A stretch of DNA of 64,000 nt from Mobula hypostoma (Eukaryota), in contig NC_086108.1 of assembly GCF_963921235.1 (NCBI RefSeq), forward strand, positions 10,912,001-10,976,000, given 5' to 3'. Position 1 is the stretch's first letter. Every line of letters begins with the position of its first letter. Below are positions 59,490 to 64,000 of this stretch, piece by piece. A program made the translations under genes and the position numbers. The notes beneath the pieces were generated by a model that saw only the letters and a program-made list of their open reading frames with translations, did not search any database and had not been told where the DNA came from.

Positions 59490-61705
59490 CAATATTCCAA
59501 ATGTGATATAACCAGAGATTTATAAAGCTGCAACTTACCTCCTGGTTCTTGAAATCATCCATAAGAACATAAGATACAGGAACAGGATTAGGCCATTGAC
59601 CTATCGAGTCTGCTCCACCATTTCATCACGGTTGATCTGATTTTTCACTTGGCTCCAATTTCCTGTCTTTTCTGTGCACCCCCCCCCCCCATATCACATC
59701 ATGCCCTGGCCAATCAAGAATTTGTCAAACTCTGCCTTAAATATACACGAAGACTTGGCCTCCCCAGCTGCCTATGGTAACAAAATCCACAGATTCTTCA
59801 CTTTCTGGCTAAAGAAATTCCTCCTCATCTCTGTTCTAAAAGGATAACCCTCTATTCTGAGCCTGTGTCTTCTGTTCCTAGACTCTCCCACCATAGGAAA
59901 CATTCTCTCCACATGTACTCTGTTGAGACCTTTCACCATTCACTAGGTTTCAATGAGGTCACCCCTCATTCTTCTGAATTTCAGTGAATCTGGGCCTAAA
60001 GCTATCAAATGCTCTTCATAGGACAAGCCATTCAATTCTGGAATCATTTTTGTGAATTTCCTTTGAACCCTCTCTGGTTTCAGCACATCCTTTCTTAGAT
60101 CAGGGGTCCAAAACTGTTCTTAATACTCCATGTGAGGCCTCACCAGAACTTTATGAAGTCTCAACATTACATCCTTGCGTTTATGTTCTAGTCCTCTTGA
60201 AATGAATGCGAACATTGCATTTGCCTTTCTCACCACAGACTTGGCCTGCAATTTAACCTTTGGAGAATCTGCACAAGGACTCCCAAGTCCCTTTGCACCT
60301 CAGTTTTTTGTATTTTCTCTCCATTTAGAAAATAGTCAGCACTTTTGTTTATTCTACCAAAGTGCATGACCGTACACTTCCCGACACTGTATTCCATCAG
60401 ACACTTCTTTGCCCACCCTCCTAGTCTGTCCAAGTCCTTCTCTACTTCCTCAAAACTACCTGCCCCCTACCTATCTTCATAACATCTGTAAACTTTCAAA
60501 CAAAGCCATCAATTCCATCAGCCAAATTGTTGACGTACAACATAAAGAGAATTGGTCACAACACAGAACCCTGTGGAACACCACTAGTCACCATCAACCA
60601 GTGAGAAAAGGCTTCTGTTATAACCATTCTTTGCCTCCTACCAATCAGCCACTGCTTTATCCAAGTTAGAATCTTTCCTGTAATACCATTGGCTCATAGT
60701 CTTGTTAAACAGCCTCATGTGAGGTACCTTGTCAACGGCCTTCTGAAAATCTGAGTGCACGACATCAACTGATTCTCCTTTGTCTATCCTGCTTGTTATT
60801 TCTTGAAAGAATTCAATCGGATTTGTCAGCGAAGATTTTTCCTTGAAGAAAACATTCTGACTATGGACTATTTTATCATGTGCCTACAAGTCCCCTGAGA
60901 CCTTATCCTTAACAATTGACTCTAACCTCTTCTCAACCATTGAGGTCAGACTAACTGGCCTATAGTTTCCTTTCTTCTGCCTCACTCCCTTCTTCAAGAG
61001 TGGAATGAGGTTTGTGATTTTCCAGTCTTCCAGAACCATTCCAGAATCTAGTGATTCTTGAAAGATCATTACTACTGCCTCCATGATCTCTTCAACTACC
61101 TCTTTCAGAGCCCTGAGGTGCACACTAGGTGACTCATTTGCCTTCAGACTTCTAATTTTCCCAAGAATCTTCTCTCTTGTAATGGTAACTTCACACACTT
61201 GATGACCCCTGACACCTGGAACTTCCACCATACTGTTAGTGTCTTCTACAGTGAATACTGATGCAAAATATTTATTCAGTTCATCCATGGTTTCATTGTT
61301 TCCCCGTGAATATCTCAGCATCCTTTGATGAATGAAAACCAACTCAACATATGCCATTTTAACCACACTATCAATTTGCACAGAAACTTTGAAGGATCTA
61401 TGGACGTGGACCCCAAGATCTCTCTGTTCCTCCATGCTACTGTGAGTCCTGCCATTAACCCTGTACTCCGTCTTCAAATGTGACCTTCCAAAGTGACTCA
61501 CTTCACACAAATCCGGATTGAGCTCCATCTCCACTTCTCAGCTCAGGTCTGCACTCTGTCACTAACCCTACGACAACCTTCTAATCTATCCACAACTCCA
61601 CCAACCTTCCTGACATCTGCAAACTTACTAATCCACCCTTCCACGTCCTTATCCAAGTCATTCATAAAAATCACGAAGAGCAGAGTCCCAGAACAAGTCC
61701 TTGCA
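59490..61705 (-). mobile_element. CR1 LINE fragments (main copy about 59560-61305; second about 61305-61705)
   Basis: LNKYFASVFT, EDWKITNLIPLLKKG, NYRPVSLTS, QRDLGVLV; tail cataagaacataaga at 59561. Confidence 0.9.
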
Positions 61706-61709
61706 GAAG

Positions 61710-62830
61710 CAACTCACACAAAATGCTGGAAGATCTCAGCAGGCCAGGCAGCATCTATGGCAAAGACTAAACAGTCAATGTTTCAGCTCAAGTCCCTGAA
61801 TCAGGACTGGAAAGGAAGGAGAGATGTCAGAGTAAGAAGGAAGAAGGTGTGGGGAGAAAGAAGTACAAAGTGGCACGTGGTAAATGAAATTTGGGGGGGG
61901 GGATGGAGTGAAGTAAAGAACTGGGAAGTTAATTGGTGAAAGAGATAAAAGGCTGGAGAAGAGGAAGTCTGGAAGGAAAGGACCATGGAAGAAAAGGAAG
62001 GGGAAGAGCACCAGGGAGAAGTGATGGGCAGGTAAGGAGAGAAGGTGAGGGAGGGAAACAGGCATGGAGAATGGTGAAGTGGGGTACAAATACCAGAAGT
62101 TCAAAAAATCGATGTTCATGCCATCAGGTTGGAGGCTACCCAGATGGAATATAAGGTGTTGCTCTTTCAACTTGAATTTAGTCTCATCATGGCAGTTGAC
62201 ACGTGGGAATGGGAAGTAAAATTGAAATGGTGGCCACTGGGGGATCCCATTTTTTCTGGCAGGCAGAGCTTAACTTCTCAGTGAAGCAGTCTCCCAATCT
62301 ACGTTGGGTCTCACCAATATGCAGGAAGCTGCACTGGGGGCACTGGACACAGTATATGACTCCAACAAACTCACAGGTCAAGTGTTGCCTCACCTGAAGG
62401 ACTGTCTGGGGCTCTGAATGGTAGTGAGGAAGGAGGTGTAGGGGCACTTGTTCCACTTGCAAGGATAAGCACCAGAAGGGAGATCAGTGGGGAGGGATGA
62501 ATGGACAAGGGGGTCACATAAGGAGTGATCCCTGTGGAAAGAGGTTGGAGGGTGGGATCCCATTGGATATGGCAGAAGTTTCGGAGAATTATATGCTGGA
62601 TGCAGAGCCTGGTGGGATGGTAGGTGAGGACAAGAGGAAACCTATCCTTGGTAGGGTGGTAGGAGGATGGGGTGAGGGCAGACGTGCATGAAATAGAAGA
62701 GATGCAGTTGAGAGTGGAGGAAGGGAAGCCCCTTTCTTTAAAGAAGGAAGACGTCTCAATTGTTCTGGAATGAAAAGCTTCAGCCTGAGATCAAATGTGG
62801 TGGGGACAGAGGAACTGAGAGAAGTGGATG
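61710..62830 (-). mobile_element. PLE 3' portion (RT C-terminal linker, GIY-YIG, terminal repeat)
   Basis: ORF 62187-62462 VRQHLTCEFVGVIYCVQCPQCSFLHIGETQRRLGDCF; KEQHLIFHLGSLQPDGMNIDF. Confidence 0.9.
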
Positions 62831-62899
62831 TCATTATTACTAGTGGCAGGGTGGGAAGAAGTATTGTCCACATAATAGTGAGCATCAGTGGGTTTATAA

Positions 62900-63350
62900 A
62901 AGATATCACTAGGTCTTTGCAGAACACCATGTTCCCCACCAAACTCCAGGCAGAACATGCTCCACCTACAACCACCCTCTACCAATTCTGTATCCAAGTT
63001 TCCTTGGGTCTCATGCCTACCATGGAGCTCCTTATCAAACACCATCCTCAAATTTATATTCACCATATCCACTGCTCTACTTTCTTCAGTGTGCTTTGTC
63101 ACATCCTCAAAATTCAGTCAGGCTCCTCACAAAGCCACTCTGGCTACCTCTAATCAGACTTGTGCTTCTCCACATGCTCCTAAAGCCTGTCTCTAAGAAA
63201 CTTCTCTAATAGTTTGCCCATCACGATAGAAAACTCTGGTCTATAATTCCCAGGATTATCCCTGTTAGCTTTCTTGAACAAAGGAATAACATTTGTCTCC
63301 CTAAAGTCTTCTGGTAATACTCCTGTGGTCAATCGAAATACAGTGGTCAC
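62900..63350 (-). mobile_element. Degraded CR1 RT fragment
   Basis: PEDFRETNVIPLFKKANRDNPGNYRP; AVDMVNINLRMVFDK. Confidence 0.75.
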
Positions 63351-64000
63351 TGCCAATAGTTCAATGGGGGGGGGGAGTGTAAGGTTAATTGAGAGTTGAT
63401 AAAGTGGGCAGTTGGATTGGATTTTCCCTACTTCTGTGAGCGCAACACACCTGGGCAACGCTCCACAGGTAGATGGCTGGTGCTCTAACTGGACTCGCCT
63501 GGCCAGAGGCTCAGTTCGTTCTGGAGCACAGGCCTTCAAGACTACAGCTGGGATGTGCAATAGCGTGGTGGTTAGTGTGAGCGCTGTTCAGTGCAGCAAT
63601 CACTGACCATCCACCGCGAATGTGGACAGTTCAGGCTGGGTAACATGATTGAATCACTGTTCAAATATCTGCTTTGTACTGTGGACTTCAGGCACCTGGT
63701 GGAGTGGACAGTCACAAACGGCTCATTTCAAGAGGACTAGAATATAAAAACAAGGACGTAATGTTTCAAAGATAGAAAGCACATTTATTTTTGAAGTATG
63801 TATGCAGTATACAAAGCTTTATATAAATATAAAAACACTCGAGGCTTTATAAGATTTGTGTCACACTGCACTTGAATTGAAATGACTTTATTACTTACAT
63901 CCTTTATATACAATCTTTATGTTATGTCTCTGCCTAACTATGCAATGTGCAATTTATAGTAATTTATAATAAAGAGTATGTTCAAGAGGACAGTTAATAT

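Larger units (their letters stand above)
53600..59490 (+). mobile_element. Old Ty3/Gypsy LTR retrotransposon with PNMA-like gag; RT/RNase H apparently deleted
   Basis: 5' LTR 53600-54344; PBS TGGGGGCTCGTCCAGGAT (54350, tRNA-Pro type); gag QRLVESLKGLAAELVR; FCYNCGEDGHLKWEC at about 56285; ILDTGSQV; integrase; PPT at 59091; 3' LTR from 59101, truncated near 59490. Confidence 0.85.

Overview
Eukaryotic, repeat-saturated 64-kb window with no recognisable host protein-coding exon, rRNA, tRNA gene or CRISPR array. The repeat inventory (CR1 LINEs with (TTCTATGT)n tails, Rex1/Babar-like LINEs, V-SINE-like and other tRNA-derived SINEs, Penelope-like elements) suggests a vertebrate, most likely a cartilaginous fish; this is inference. 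Main elements: a near full-length CR1 (32242-36579) with ORF1 zinc-finger/coiled-coil/SGNH esterase and ORF2 APE+RT; a Ty3/Gypsy (Mag-like) provirus (44686-48332) with 142-bp LTRs, 5-bp TSD, tRNA-Leu-type PBS and an open 1020-codon gag-pol lacking the integrase core; an older PNMA-gag-like Gypsy (53600-59490); Tigger, hAT, Tc1 and Chapaev3-like DNA transposon remnants; and mini- and microsatellites. The most notable signals are minimal hammerhead-ribozyme motifs in the Penelope-like elements, three short Penelope insertions with 14-15-bp TSDs, frame-preserving lesions in the Gypsy ORF, SINEs with shared heads but swapped tails, and a multi-layer chimeric MITE. A few repeat-free, homeobox-site-rich islands may be enhancers. 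Family names come from motif recognition by eye, not database searches, and boundaries of degraded fragments are approximate. I see no convincing wholly new biological system.
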